Assembly: GCF_000143415.4 (NCBI RefSeq)
Contig: NW_003314262.1
Coordinates: 18,183 to 82,182, forward strand
Origin: Selaginella moellendorffii
Taxonomy: Eukaryota; Plantae; Lycopodiophyta
Direction of reading: 5' to 3'
Length of the DNA: 64,000 nt
Below the pieces are notes generated by a model, which saw only the letters and a list, made by a program, of their open reading frames with translations, had not been told where the DNA came from and searched no databases. Numbering within the stretch: position 1 is the stretch's first letter; each line of letters begins with the position of its first letter. The position numbers and the translations under genes were made by a program. Positions 1 to 13,200 of the stretch are shown here, piece by piece.

Positions 1-505
1 CAATCGAAGAAAAGTTTATGAGAGAGCACGGCAACAATTACTTTAATCAATTGACTCATCCCTATAGTCTTGATTGATCCACTTGTAACCATGCCTAGGA
101 AGGATCCACTAGTGCCGTGCTAGATAGCTACGGACCAGCCTATTTGCCACTCATAGCAAACTTAGGGAAGGTTTGTTTTTACCCATGGTACATGGAACAA
201 CTCATGGACCCACTGATAGGCTAACATTAATTCTACCAACTCAAAGTGTAACCTCGAGTTGCTAATGTGCCTCACTCACGAGCCCAAGCGCAAACTCGTG
301 CAAAATGGAACAACTCAATCCTTCTTGTGAGCCCAAGCTTAAGCTCACAGAATATGGTACAACAAGGTAACCAAATCCATACCCAAGGAACAAACGCGAA
401 GTCTTTGCACCCAGACGTGTACCCACTCGGATCATCGTTTTCATCTCTGCGTATGCAACAAGATTAGTTGCCCAATCTCATTGGATAGTACTCGCTGAGA
501 CTCAT

Positions 506-517
506 GCTCCGATACCA
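506..517 (-). promoter_or_regulatory. Primer binding site (tRNA-iMet type)
   Basis: The minus strand reads TGGTATCGGAGC, 2 nt after the LTR end. Confidence 0.85.
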
Positions 518-519
518 AA

Positions 520-1538
520 TGTAGCGCACATGGTTTTGACCCTTTATCCTATGGTGATTTACTATAAGATAACACCATGAAGCGGAACCTAAACCCTCTA
601 TGTGCCACGTGTCACATGCCACGTGTCCATAGGAAACTGAGGTTCAGGGCCTTGGGCCATTGAACGAAGGAATGGTGCCAAACTCCCAAGTATGGAGCCA
701 AGGAGTGACGGAACCGAACCACGGAGCAACTCCCGAGCATAAAGCCCAAGGAGCGAAGGGACAGGAGCTCGGAGCGATTTGGAACAGTCTTGGAGCAATC
801 AGCATCCCAATGCCAGGACCAGCATGCAAAACGGAGCCAAACGGAGTCTGGCACTATTTCAGCATACCAGTGGCCTAGCATGAGGATATGGGTACTCCAC
901 CAACTAGCATGGAATGGAACTTGGGCTTAGACCCAAGCCAGACGCAGAACAAGGACAGGCACGCAAGCAGAAGCTAAACTATGCCTCAAGTTGGTCTGCC
1001 ATGCCTGACCTACCCACTATCCCTACTATACATNNNNNNNNNNNNNNNNNNNNNNNNNNNNNNNNNNNNNNNNNNNNNNNNNNNNNNNNNNNNNNNNNNN
1101 NNNNNNNNNNNNNNNNNNNNNNNNNNNNNNNNNGAGCGAATCTAAACACTTTCCATAAATAGCATTTGGGACCGAAATGAGACTAACATAAAGGGCATGA
1201 TAGCAAGGGTGTTTGGGAGACACGGTAAGCTATCATGTAGCGATATTGAGGGATTAATCTCAATACGCGAGGGTTCTTATCACTAGCAAGTGCAAGACAA
1301 AACGAGACGGGAACTCCTTACCGGGCTAAGTATACTTAGCTAATAACACGTAGGAATTCCATCCTTATGCTCGTCCGGTCTAAGTACACTTGAAATGCCC
1401 AGTTAACTCCACTAACACAAGAGGGACTGATAAAGGGTCCAGCAATACCGACCTCCTGACATCGTGGCAGTAAGATAAGAGTGTCTGTAAGGACTAGTCG
1501 ACAGGTAACTTTCAATACCCGAAGTCACATTCGCGACA
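520..1538 (-). mobile_element. 5' LTR of a B-family-related LTR element; internal region runs off the left window edge
   Basis: The minus strand starts TGTCGCGAATGTGACTTCGGG and ends GTGCGCTACA, as the element B LTR does. It is followed by a PBS. The N gap at 1034-1133 falls where the poly-G tract lies in B. Confidence 0.85.
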
Positions 1539-4500
1539 CCATCTCAAACATGAGTATGTAACTATAGAACATAGAGGACTAATACTTTTGAGCAATTAAA
1601 AGTTTAACTACTTCTAAGTCAAACCCAGGTAAACCCAACTCTGTTGGTAATATTAGATCATAACCACATAGAAGTTTATATGGTGAAGCAACAACAGAAT
1701 TCTACACCCCTGTGACATATGCATACCAAAAAGACGGCAAATAACCATCTCAATTTGAATGCTGAAAGTTCACGTACTTTACGATCATCCCTTTGAACGT
1801 CTTATGAGCTTGGCATCAAATGTAATTACACACATAGCGGATAACATCACGTTGCATCTCCGGCCAATAGAAAAACCTGTGCAGCTTTTCAATCACACAA
1901 TGATATCCCATATGCTCGTCTAGAATAAGAGAATCATGGTAAGCATGGAGAAATCATAAAATAAAGACAAAAGGCACCACCAGCCGTAAAGGATCATCAG
2001 GATCTGTCCCTATAAAATAAAGAAAGCTGTCTTCAAGATGATATTGAGTATGTAAATGCCAGAATGACAAGTTATCAGCAAGTGATGCAAGATTCTCAAA
2101 CCCATCTCAAAGCATTTGAATCTTTTTGAGCCTCGCGAACCTCATCAAGAGAAGGTAAATCTTGTTCTACACTTTGTGGATACTGAATATCAAGTATAGC
2201 AACCGCCGACGGCACAGAATCCTCGTCTAGAAAATTCACAGATGCTGGAACAACAAGCTTGTTAGAAATATGAGGAGAAAGAGAAGAAGGAAAAAGAGCT
2301 CAAGAAAGGGCATCAACATTAGCCATAGAACTCCTTAGGTGATGAACAACATCAAAATCAAACATCTGAAGCTTCAAAGCCCACCGAGCAGTATGATCAA
2401 CCAGGTTCTTCTACTTCAATAATGAAGTAACGGCAGCATGATCACCTTTAAGTAACATCCAAGAAATGCATAAAGTTTCTCAAAACCCTAGACTGCTGCT
2501 AAACACTCTTTCTCTGTCGTGGAGTAGTTCACCTTCGTTAGTTGTAATGTGCAGTTTATATATACAATGAGATGGTGCTGACTATGTACGGCTTATATAT
2601 ACAATGGGATGGCACTGACTAAACACACTCAGGCTCTTTTGCATCAAGACACTTCTAAGACTAATATCAAAAATATCCACATGCAAAATAAAAGGTCAAG
2701 TGTAGTTAGGATATGCTAAAACCGGAGGAGTTGTCAATATCTCTTTGAGATCCACAAATGCTTACTCACAATCTGAAGACTAGATGAAATATGACATTGA
2801 TGACTTCAGCAACGCTTGCAACGGTGCAAAAAAATGATCCACAAAACGACCGGGATACTACACCTTGCCTAGGAAGCGCTATATATCATTCACACACTTT
2901 GGAGTAAAGAACTTTAGAATAGCCACAAATTTGCCATGATCAACTTGCAAACCCTCACGAGAAATATAGTACCCAAGATAAGTTGTGTCTTTAGACTCAA
3001 AGATGCACTTCAATTGCTTCAACTTAAGTTAACATCCCATAGCTGATCCAACACTTTACAAACATCATGAAAGTGCTCCTCCCACGTCCTTCCGAGTGGA
3101 TCAAGATATCATCAATGAAGTCAGTAGTTATCTCCAACATATCGCAAAGAACCTCGTCCATCATCTATTGAAAAGTTGCAAGAGCATTGTTCAAACCAAA
3201 TGGCATCACCAAGAACTCGTACAAACCAAACGGTGTACAAAAAGCGGTCTTAAGAATATCTTCTTTGGCCATCAGTACTTGCCAATAACCAGAAGCAAGA
3301 TTTAGCTTGGTGAACCAACAACTTTGCCCCAGACGATCCAAGAGATCAGCCGTGTAAGGAAAAGGGTATACATCCGGGATTGTTATTTCGTTTAATGGAT
3401 AATAGTCAATGTAAAAACAAATACTCCCATCAGGCTTCATCACAAGATGAAGTTCACATGCCCAAGGACTCCACGACATCCAAATAACACCCTTCTCCAA
3501 CATCTCCTTGATATTTGTATGTAAAAATCTTAATCTCTTTGGGTGACCGATGACAAACAAGAACCTTAATTGGACGAGCATTCTCGGTTGAAATCAGATG
3601 ACATGTGGTAATCTTGGCCCTAGACAATAGGTCAAATTCAAATAGATTAAAATACTCTTTCATGAGCCGGTCAACTGCTGCAACACAAAGATTGTCGGAG
3701 GGATCGAAAAAGAGAAGAGCATAACAAAATGGAAACATAGAAGGAAATAATGGGGGGACAAAAGAAATGGAAGCAGAGGTAGAAGTAGAGGGACGAAGAG
3801 TACGGAAGTGAGAGGAATGAATGAAATATAAAGAAATATGAGACAAAGGGGAGAAGCGTTAAAGTCACACTTAGCATAATTGCGTTGCAACCAATCTATA
3901 CTAAAGATGAAGTTAAAAACTTGACTTGGCACCACCCACAATGATTGCAACCCAAGCTCGAGATCGCCCACATGCACAACTAAGTTTGCCTCATCCCATG
4001 CACATGCATATGTACGGTCGTTGTCATAAACAATGAAAATTGGCTCCACTGCATGACGCAAGTGTAGATGGCAATATGTGGCAATAAGTCAAGCAATAGA
4101 AGATAAATTCAAACCTATATCAACCAACATAGAGAGAATAATAGGAGACCACTTGTTATAAAAATAAGCTTAGAAAGTAAACACTAGATGAACTGGTGTT
4201 GAGTGAACCCCTTGATGATACTTATATAAGGTCCCTCCGTTATTCGCATGACTCCTTGTTTCCCAGATGCATCTTAGTGTCTAAAACTTCCATTACATCA
4301 GCACCAACAAGATGTTGTTCACGCCAAAGTGTCCACTCAGGAAATAATGGCCGCCAATTTGGAAAACACCAACAACACCGATAAGTGTGACCAATTTCAT
4401 CACACGCCTAATAACGAATATCACGGCCATGGCCTCGCCCTTGTCCTTGGACTTGAGCAGTAGCAACATTAACCTCCCTTGGAACATGTCCATCACACAT

Positions 4501-5528
4501 AAGAAGTGGAGCTGAAGGATGTAAAGCGAGAAGTGGAAAAGGCAATGTCTTATAATGTTGTGCCAAGCGAAGAGCATCATCAAGGGTGGTGGGAGCAAGT
4601 GCATGCATAAGTCTGACAAGATCTTGAGGAAGTGCTGGCCACAACATTCCTAACTTGATCCGCTTCAATATATTTGGCTCCGCACGAAGCAAGAGGCTTT
4701 AGAAACGAATGCTACATTGCATCACTAACTCAGATGGCCTTTGACGAAAACAATGCAATTATTGGAAAACATCATCACAATCGTCGGCATGTCCAAATGT
4801 GTGTTTAAAGATGCCTGGGAGAATATTCTAATCCCCACGTGGCTGCGTTCAAACCATTGTACCACTGCAATACCATCCCTTGGAGACATGTGGGAAACTC
4901 ATGCAAATGTTAAGCATCATCCCAAGAATGATATACGGCAATCATCGTGAAGTGATCGAACCAATGGTACACATCATCTCTAGGATTCCCGTGAAAGAAC
5001 TCCAGCTGAACACAAAGATTGGCATTAAGAATAAGAGGAGTTGTACTACGTGCCATGAATGCCGCCATCAACTGAGTTTGGTTGTTCAATTATAATCGCA
5101 TAGCATCAAGCAATTATACCAACTGCTGCTCCAGAGTCAAAAAAGGAGGAGATTGCTAATTTGCCATGAAGATAAACAAAAAGGAAAAAGCAAAAAAAGA
5201 GAGATGAAAAAAGGCTAAAAGGAAAAGGAGATCTAAACAATGCAAAAAGCTAGATTTTGAAAAGAAAGAACAAAAGAAAGGAAATGGAAAAAGTTATATC
5301 TAGACGATGCAAATGTTATATCTAAATCAAAAATCCTAAATTTGAGCACTCCTTAGGAACAATCAATGGTGCCCCTCATTTACAGAAAATGTGCATATCA
5401 ATTAGCCCAAAAACCCTAGTTTATATACAGGAGCAAGTGGTCTGAATTGAAACCAATCTAACAGCTACCAAAATCCTACTATGCTAATATTAGTATATGG
5501 CATTGTAGCCATACACTTGGACCTCACA
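1539..5528 (-). mobile_element. Decayed Ty3/gypsy element, family C copy 1 (gag, protease, RT, RNase H, partial integrase, LTR remnant at about 5380-5528)
   Basis: RT remnant [33 protein letters not shown] at 3165-3581, gag and protease remnants at 3660-5100, many stops. Homologous to 33966-36280. Confidence 0.85.
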
Positions 5529-6523
5529 AGATCTAAATGTTATTTAAATTACTATTTTGTTTAAAATACCTGTTTGCTACTAAAACATTAATAAAATATT
5601 CTTTAGTGTACCAAAATATTTTTAAAATATTCTTAATGACTCCTTTTGTTGACTTGGCTCTCTTTATTACCAGATCCGCTTGAAAGTACATTAAGTTGTA
5701 CATTCTTGAGGTCAATAGGAAGGCATTGATTTCCTTGTTATAACTTACAAGTTCTAAAGGCATTACTTTGGTTTTTATGCAAGATCCAGGTAGGCAACAT
5801 GCTTAGAAGACAAGGAATGAAGAGAGGCCACNNNNNNNNNNNNNNNNNNNNNNNNNNNNNNNNNNNNNNNNNNNNNNNNNNNNNNNNNNNNNNNNNNNNN
5901 NNNNNNNNNNNNNNNNNNNNNNNNNNNNNNNTGAAACAAAATCCATCACCTAGTAAGCTTTTAATAATTAGTTTTTTTGAATTGATCAAGTGTGCCCAAT
6001 ATCTCTATTTATTTGTTCAGAGGCTATGAGAGACCAAAAGCAAATGCATTTAAACTTTGAAAGAATGTAAAGGTGACGTTTCCAATTTTGAAATTTTGTA
6101 AGAAAAAAAAGTTACTCATTTTAAAAGACTTTTAGCTATACAATTATGTAGCTAAATATGTTTACTAGCAAACCAAAATACCAAATAATATTAGTGTTTA
6201 TACAATTTGATTGCTACTGAAGATCATACCAATTGATTTATATTGTGTTGGTTTTACCAATTGCTTTACTCATCCTCTTGAATAACACTCTCTTTTCGTC
6301 CCCCTCTTGTGAATACTATTATTATTATTATAAGCATTAGTAACATTCTTCATGGTTGCCTGCAGATGCAGATGCTTGCCTATAGAAACCTGTTGGAGAT
6401 GGTGGTCTTTCCAAAGCTCATCACTCAAAAGGCTCTTGAAATGCAACAAAAGATGCCAGAATCTCCAAGAATGAGTATTAGAATGGTGAAGAGAAAAGAT
6501 TAGCATTTTTGTTTCTTTGCTAA

Positions 6524-6596
6524 GGGGATGTAGCTCAGATGGTAGAGCGCTTGCTTAGCATGCGAGAGGCACCGGGATCGATACCCAGCATCTCCA
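6524..6596 (+). tRNA. trnA-AGC: tRNA-Ala (anticodon AGC)
   Basis: GGGGATGTAGCTCAGATGGTAGAGCGC-TTGC-TTAGCAT-GCGAG...ATCGATA...CATCTCCA, a 73-nt cloverleaf. The T stem has one C:A mismatch. Confidence 0.9.
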
Positions 6597-7313
6597 AATA
6601 TGTTCAATTATTGGATCGTTCCAGGTGTTTTGAGCGATTTTACTGGTGTTGACCTTTGGGGGAGCTATGGATGGATGTTGCACCGTGAGACCATCAAAAC
6701 AGCAATGGATAGACATTTATCTTGTGTTTCTTTTTCCCACTTTTTTGAAAATGAAGTAGTTTGTGCATGCTGATGCCCTTCATGACTTGCATTCAATGAG
6801 TGCCAGGCGTGAGTGCCATGTTTCCAGAGGTTTGAAAAGCGAGTAAAAAAGTTTCATTTACTACATTAGGATTGAGTCTAAAAAAGAGTTGCTATCAAAT
6901 TAAAGTTGTTTTCTCTTTTTGATATATTTGTACCTAGAGCATTTCGTGATTGTGAGATTAAATCATCTAGGTTTGGGCTCTTTGGCATGCTCAAGCTCGA
7001 TGGCACCCTTGCTGACAATCCACAGCATCACCAGCTCTCAAGTCCACTCGTTTTTCTTTTCACAAAGCCAAAAGTACCTCTTTATTTTTTCTAAGTCAAG
7101 GGTTAAGTTATAATCTTTCTCGCTTGGATTTTTCTATTGTAGAAGCTCTCGTCAGGTAAGCTATGGGCTCTTGCGCTCACGCCACCCCAATGCTTGCCCG
7201 CCGAGCTCAAGCGNNNNNNNNNNNNNNNNNNNNNNNNNNNNNNNNNNNNNNNNNNNNNNNNNNNNNNNNNNNNNNNNNNNNNNNNNNNNNNNNNNNNNNN
7301 NNNNNNNNNNNNN

Positions 7314-7921
7314 GGCCACGAGCCAGCGCCAGCTTTAGCTCCAGTTCTTCAAGGTGACGCTCCAGATCGAGCCCCAGCGCCAGCTGCTTTCGTTCACCCT
7401 GCTCACAGCCACCCTGCTCATCTAGCTCCAGCGCCTGCTATCCTCGATCATGCTCGCCACCACCATCCAGCTCCAGCAGCAGCAGTGTACCATCATCATC
7501 ACGGTGATGGAGCTCCTCTGGTTGTTCACCACCATCACCATGGTCACCACCATGGAGGACGCCACAACCACCACCACCACCAGCACCACCAGCACCACCA
7601 CCATCGTCGTGAAGAAACAGCTGGAAGCTCACACTCGTGGTTCGCACAGCAATGGCACTCTAGGATTCTCCTCAAAGTGTCCTGCCAACACCAGCAATGA
7701 CGCGTAAGTCAGCACAGTACATGCGTTGTCACATGGAAGATTGTGTACAAACAATCTTCAAGGAGATGAAGTTGCAGAGCAAGAAGACAGCATGCTCTTG
7801 CTCACGGACAGTGAAGATCACATACAAGGGTCAACTACCAGACTTGGAAGTTATTGCACAGCTGGCTCGGAACATGGACTGGAAAATAGAGCAAGAACCT
7901 ACCAAGTTTCGATTTGACTGA
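7314..7921 (+). pseudogene. His/Pro-rich region followed by a disrupted HMA-like segment; 5' end in an assembly gap
   Basis: The His-rich ORF ends RILLKVSC. The next frame reads CHMEDCVQTIFKEMK..TVKITYKGQLPDLEVIAQLAR. Resemblance judged by eye only. Confidence 0.35.
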
Positions 7922-8229
7922 GCTATCCTCTAGAGTGACGGGGGAGCAGACGTTAGTGCACCTCCAAAGGCCAGAGAAGTTTCTTGAGACGAAAGGTTTG
8001 AGAAAAGGTAACGTACTACTTTTGCTCTCTGTTCTTGCAGGCGCTCAAATCTCAATTTCAATGAGAAGAAGCAGTGCAGGGCATAGCAGCCAGATAAGTT
8101 TCTCCAGAGTCAAGCCGGGAATCAAGCAAGTGCAATTGTGAAAGTATGGTCGAAGTCTACACTGCGGCTTGCAACACAGGTTGTTCAACAGGATGGGACG
8201 AAGAACAGGATAGGTTGGTCTACCTTGCA

Positions 8230-8640
8230 AATTGTGAATACAAAGCCATATGCATTCGTCCCAAGCAGCCTCGTGGACTGTGGAACCATCAGAAGTGTTC
8301 AGGAGGACAAAGAAACACGACGTTGGTTGCCTGGAACACGAACATGCACGTCTTCTATCAGATGCAACGAGAAGCTGGCCTGCCTCCAAACGCTGAGACT
8401 TTGCATGGAGCAGCAAAACATTGTTTCCTGGGATATGCCAAGAACAACCTTTGCTCTTGAGTGCTACGAGCAAACTGGCAGCCAAACGCTCAGACTTTTC
8501 ATGGTGGCGCTCAAGGCACGTGGCGACTTAGCAGAGAATAGCTCCACTCGCAGATCCGGGAGAGCGGAATCCACTACTCACATGCTTGCTCAGTGTGGAG
8601 ACATGCCTGCTGCTCGAGAAGTTTTCCACCCCAAGTTTAG
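8230..8640 (+). pseudogene. Degenerate PPR fragments
   Basis: Motif scraps across frames: LVAWNT..FYQMQREAGLPPN, MEQQNIVSW, MLAQCGDMPAAREVF. Confidence 0.5.
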
Positions 8641-9389
8641 AAGTACTCTGGCGTCACTGTCACGATGACACACTTCTTCTTGCACTACTCATTTGGAGTA
8701 ACTAGAGAGCGCTTTACGAAGCATCTGAGAACTGATGTTCACAGGTACTCTAGTTTTTTCACTAGTTCATAGCTTTTTTGTTTTCACAAGATGTAATTTT
8801 AATGTGGAGAGGGTATTAAAAAGTCTTTTGCACATCTCACCTTGGAAGATATTTATCATACTTCCAATTTAGGTGTTTAGGAGCTGCTTGAGAACTAGGA
8901 ATGGTGCATCAAAACTATCACTGAAGGCCAATTTTATGGATCTGAAGAATTTAATAAAAAATGAGAGAAAAGGTTTTCTCCAGTAAACTTTTCGAGAAAA
9001 ATAACCAAACCCAAACAAAGAGAAAACAAGCGAAAGGATCTTAGGCGGCACATCATGGTCAAATATTAGAGACAATTGTTGGATCATATATTTATATATG
9101 CCGAGACAATACAAGATCTATGGTGATTGGTCTTTTATATAATTGCAGACTAAGTGCTTGAGTCTTTTGCAAGCCAAAGCTTACTTTAGGTCTCGATAAG
9201 ATGAATTTACCCTGCCTGTAACTTTGCTAGACTAATGGTAATTGTTTTTTATTTAAATTTTCGTCTCGCTCTCTGACATTTTTATATACCGAAGAGATTT
9301 ATAATGCATTGTTGTCCCACATGTACAATTTATAAAATTTATGCACGGGAAAAATGGATATGACTTCATGTGTGCAATCTCGCCCGAAA

Positions 9390-10622
9390 AAAAATTAATA
9401 AATCAAGCCCAGATAGTCTTTCAATCAATGCCAGAGTGGGATTTGATTGCGTGGAATGGAATGCTTGCCGCATATGCCACAGCTAGGCATTTGGCTGCTA
9501 CCAAATCCCATTTCAATTCCATGCCCGAGAGGAGCCTCGTCTCCTTACACAATGCTCTCGGCATTCTTGGTGGCAGGGGAAATGGAGGGAGAAGAGGCGA
9601 TCAAAGTGGCAGAGCTCTTCTTCGCCCAAATGCCCAACCGCGACCTCGTCTCTTGCAATGCGATGCTGGACGCGTATGCCAAGAGAGGGCATCTGTGCCG
9701 CGTACGTATCCTCTTCGTCGCCATGCCGGAGCACGACGCCATCACGATCACTACCATGATCCACACGCTCGCTCGGGGATTTGGAATCGGCGCGGTTTCT
9801 CTTTGATTCTACCCCCGTCCGGGACGAGCTGTGTTGGAACGCGATGATCACCGTGTATGCCCAGCTCGGGCATGCCGTCGAAGCGAGAAAGCTATTTGAT
9901 TCCATGCCCGCCAAGATCGATTCTTCCTGGAATTCGATGCTCTTGGCTTACATCCAAGATTCAGATCTGGCGAGCGCCGAGGATTTCTTCTTTCGTGCCA
10001 TGGCCAAGTGGAATCTCATCGCCTGCACAGCGATGCTCGCAGCGTATGCCCAAAACGGGCATCTGTCCAAGGCCGAGGAGATCTTCCCGGCGATGGAGGA
10101 GGTGAGCTTGGTTTCCTGGACTGCTATGCTCGACGGATACGCGCGCAATGGATTCTTTCACTCCATGCCGGAGAGAAACTTCGTTGCGTGGAGTGTCATG
10201 GCTTCTACGTTTTCTCGCAAAGAATGCCATCGCCACCTTTCGAGAAAGACGAGCGAATTCTTAGTTTTGGCTGACGTCTCAGTGTGAACTCTCTCCTGGC
10301 CTGTTGCGCTCAATCCCAGAGCGCTAGCCTTTGCTCGTAAAGAGCGTTCCAGATCTTGAGCTCGATGAGTTGCGATGGTTTACGGCCAGATGAGAGCTCT
10401 TTCGTCTCGATCTTGCTGGCTTGCAGTCGATCCGGCCACGTTGATGCTGCTCGTCGATGCTTTAGCTGCCTAAGCTCGGATTTCTTCGTGGTGTCCAGTA
10501 AGAAACTCCATAGCTGCGTCATTGACACACTATGTCGGGCAGCAGACGCGAGCGAGTTTGTTTTCAGCATGCCTTTCAAGCCAGACTCGGTGGACCTGAG
10601 CTCGATTCATCAACTGTTGTAA
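9390..10622 (+). pseudogene. PLS-class pentatricopeptide repeat pseudogene (frameshifted)
   Basis: Tandem ~31-aa repeats (FxxMPERxLVSWNAMLxAYAQNGH) split over several frames, plus GLRPDESSFVSILLACSRSG and SMPFKPD. Several frameshifts and deletions. Confidence 0.85.
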
Positions 10623-10666
10623 GAGATCGAGTGGATCGATCTAAGAGTTTATCGAAGAGCTTTTAG

Positions 10667-10850
10667 TTACCGGTTGATCCATTCATTGGCATGGCCACCC
10701 GACTCGTCCACGGCTTTGCCAATGCGTGGCCTCTCTTCTGTTTTCTCGAGGCTGGAGCGAATCACCGTGGCTCCCCAGCACTGGAGAGCGTTGGCCACAT
10801 CGTCCAAGTGTAGGAGATATTCTTCCTCACTCAGTGGAAACGATCTCTGG
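10667..10850 (-). pseudogene. C-terminal fragment of a DUF3067-like (plastid/cyanobacterial) protein
   Basis: SFPLSEEEYLLHLDDVANALQCWGA..IRSSLEKTEERPRIGKAV..DESGGHANEWI. Recognised from memory; has internal deletions and no upstream exons. Confidence 0.65.
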
Positions 10851-11199
10851 AAGAAAATATGTAATTGTTCAGGGTTTAAACTCAAATGTCGCAATGTTTC
10901 ACCTTGAATGCTTCTAGAAGTTTCAGGGGAGAGGAGGAAGGTTAGACACTAGATCAAACTTCAAATTTAAATCAATGTTGTTTAGAATTGTGGCAAAATG
11001 AGACCTCTCTAATCTCAAGAGATTACATTCTTGTCATCATGTCCAGGATTTTATGAGAGTGATCAAAGAGTTTCAAATCACATTAATTTATATATTTTTT
11101 AATTTGTGAACATGTTTATAATTTATAAAATCTCCAAAAAAAACTTTCTATGATCCAGGACTAAAAGATAAAAAAGTCTAGCCTCCCTAGGCCTCATCT

Positions 11200-13200
11200 T
11201 GAGGTTCCTCACCCCCAAGCTTTTAAGGTAGGTTAAGTTACTTACCCTAGGTGAATTTTCCCAATGCCTTAATGTAACTGTTGAGCTTTCCTTTGACTTA
11301 TGTTGACCATGTTGCTGAAGTTAACAATGCCTCACACATTGAAAAGGTGCCTTAAGAGCCTCCCTTCTAGTACAAAAAACTAACACTTTTATTATGAGTT
11401 GAGTTTGGACACAAAAAAAGCCTAGAAAGTTGGATAGGTGACCTCTGCTAGTGCCTGTGGCAAAGTCATCTATATAAATAGGAAGAGAGTGTAACATAAG
11501 GTCAACATCATCAACTGCTTAAAGGTTGATAGAGTTCCAAAAGGGAGAACTTGATAAGAAAAAATTCCCCATGACGTGTGAAAATAAGTCTTAAGCTGGT
11601 CCTCTTTTGCAATTTGAATTTGGTTATAACTTGAAAACCCATCCATAAAACTGTGTACTTCCTTTCCTGCCATCACATCAAGAATAGTATATACACAGAG
11701 TCAGGACCTTGCTTACTTCTAAGCTTCCATTAGCTTTAAGTACTAGCACTCCAATTAGCAACCTCCACCAGCTAAATATAGTTGAATTGAATCTCTTGCT
11801 TGATAAGAGGCTTAAGAACAAGATTGATCTGGTGAGCTGGTTGTTGAATCAGTATTGCATTAGTCTTGAGTAGAATATGGTGCATGATAACATCAGGATC
11901 TACACCTTTCAAGTCCTTATAACTCCACACAAACATGTCTAAAAACTCCTTGGATAAAGCCTCCACAGATTTGTGCTTCTCAGAAACGATCTTCTATGTG
12001 CCTCGTAGAAACAAAAATTGGGGACTAATATGGCACTGAATACACCATTGGTTGCCAAGCCTGCATACTTGATAATACCGGAGCCAGTGGTGGTGGCCAC
12101 TGAGGTGAATTGTGATAACTAGGAGGCACAGCAGTCTGATGGGAAACCACATCCTTGACCTCATGGTCTATAGTAACTGTTCACATGATAAGCTAGAAAA
12201 AATTCCAGAGGCAAGCCATCCTGTTGGTAAATAGACGTTTTTGCAACTAGGTCTGAGACTGTCGAGGTAACCACCGAGTTTATAGGAATGTGTTCCTATC
12301 CAAGTCATGTTGATGCCAATCAAGCTAGCAGCTTCTCTCTCTTGACCTTTGTCTATGGTAGTGAGAACGTCCTGCATGCAAATTTCCAATGATGATGTTG
12401 ATTTCTGATGCACTGAGAATATAAAGATAGAGGAAGATGATCCCATCTCGATCAAGTACTTTGGCTCTTGAGTTTCTGCCTCTAATGTCACAGCCTTCAC
12501 TATAGTTGGTTTGTTGTAATGTACTTTCTGAGCCAGATCAGGATGCAACACATGAATGTAGGTTCATTTTCAGATATACATCTAGAAGCCCTTAGAGACT
12601 CTTGCGGTTGCTGACAGATAAAATCAAGCTTTGCCATCACATGATCTTTGCTCTCTAGCATCTCAAAACGAGTAAGGAAAAGCTTTGTGAGAGACTCAAA
12701 GTTAACCGCCTGTTGTTGTGTGAGCTGCCACAAGAGAGCCTCACCAGAAAGTGACAAGCAGAAGTATGCCACCTGTGAGTCCTCCATCGCTGCTAGAAAT
12801 GATTTCACACTTTCCAAATGCAGCCTAGGTCTTCCTCCAATTCTCCTATGAATTTAGGGAGGTTTGCTACTATGGCATCAAGAGCATTTTATTGTCTCAG
12901 GGCTGCCATCGCTTTTGTCCTTCTTTTCCTTGCAAGCAGCAAAGAGTAGATTTCTTGAAATGTTTATCGGTTTTGGAGCAAGTTGACTCCAGTACAGAAA
13001 AGCACACCCTCCCCCTCAGCGTCCCAGGGCAGTTCATGAATTTCTGTATACATGCAAGCTCTAATCCATCTTTCAACCCTCAAATACCCTCTAAATTCCC
13101 AAATCTGCCTGCACCAATCTAATCCCCTGAGTCACAAAGATCCCTTAACTCAAGATCCATACCTCTCAATGTAATGGTTGTTTAATGTAGCAAAAAGCAA
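11200..13200 (-). mobile_element. Decayed non-chromovirus Ty3/gypsy (Tat/Athila-like) remnant
   Basis: RT pieces SFMDGFSSYNQIQIAKEDQLKT..WGIFSYQVLPFG and FVWSYKDLKGVDP; gag-like piece at 12500-12870. Confidence 0.75.

Noticed and set aside
1034-1133. 100-N runs (also 5832-5931, 7214-7313)
   Set aside because: Fixed-size assembly gaps, so ORFs spanning them are unreliable.
6577-6583. ATCG instead of TTCG in the tRNA T loop
   Set aside because: A54 is a known feature of eukaryotic cytosolic tRNA-Ala.
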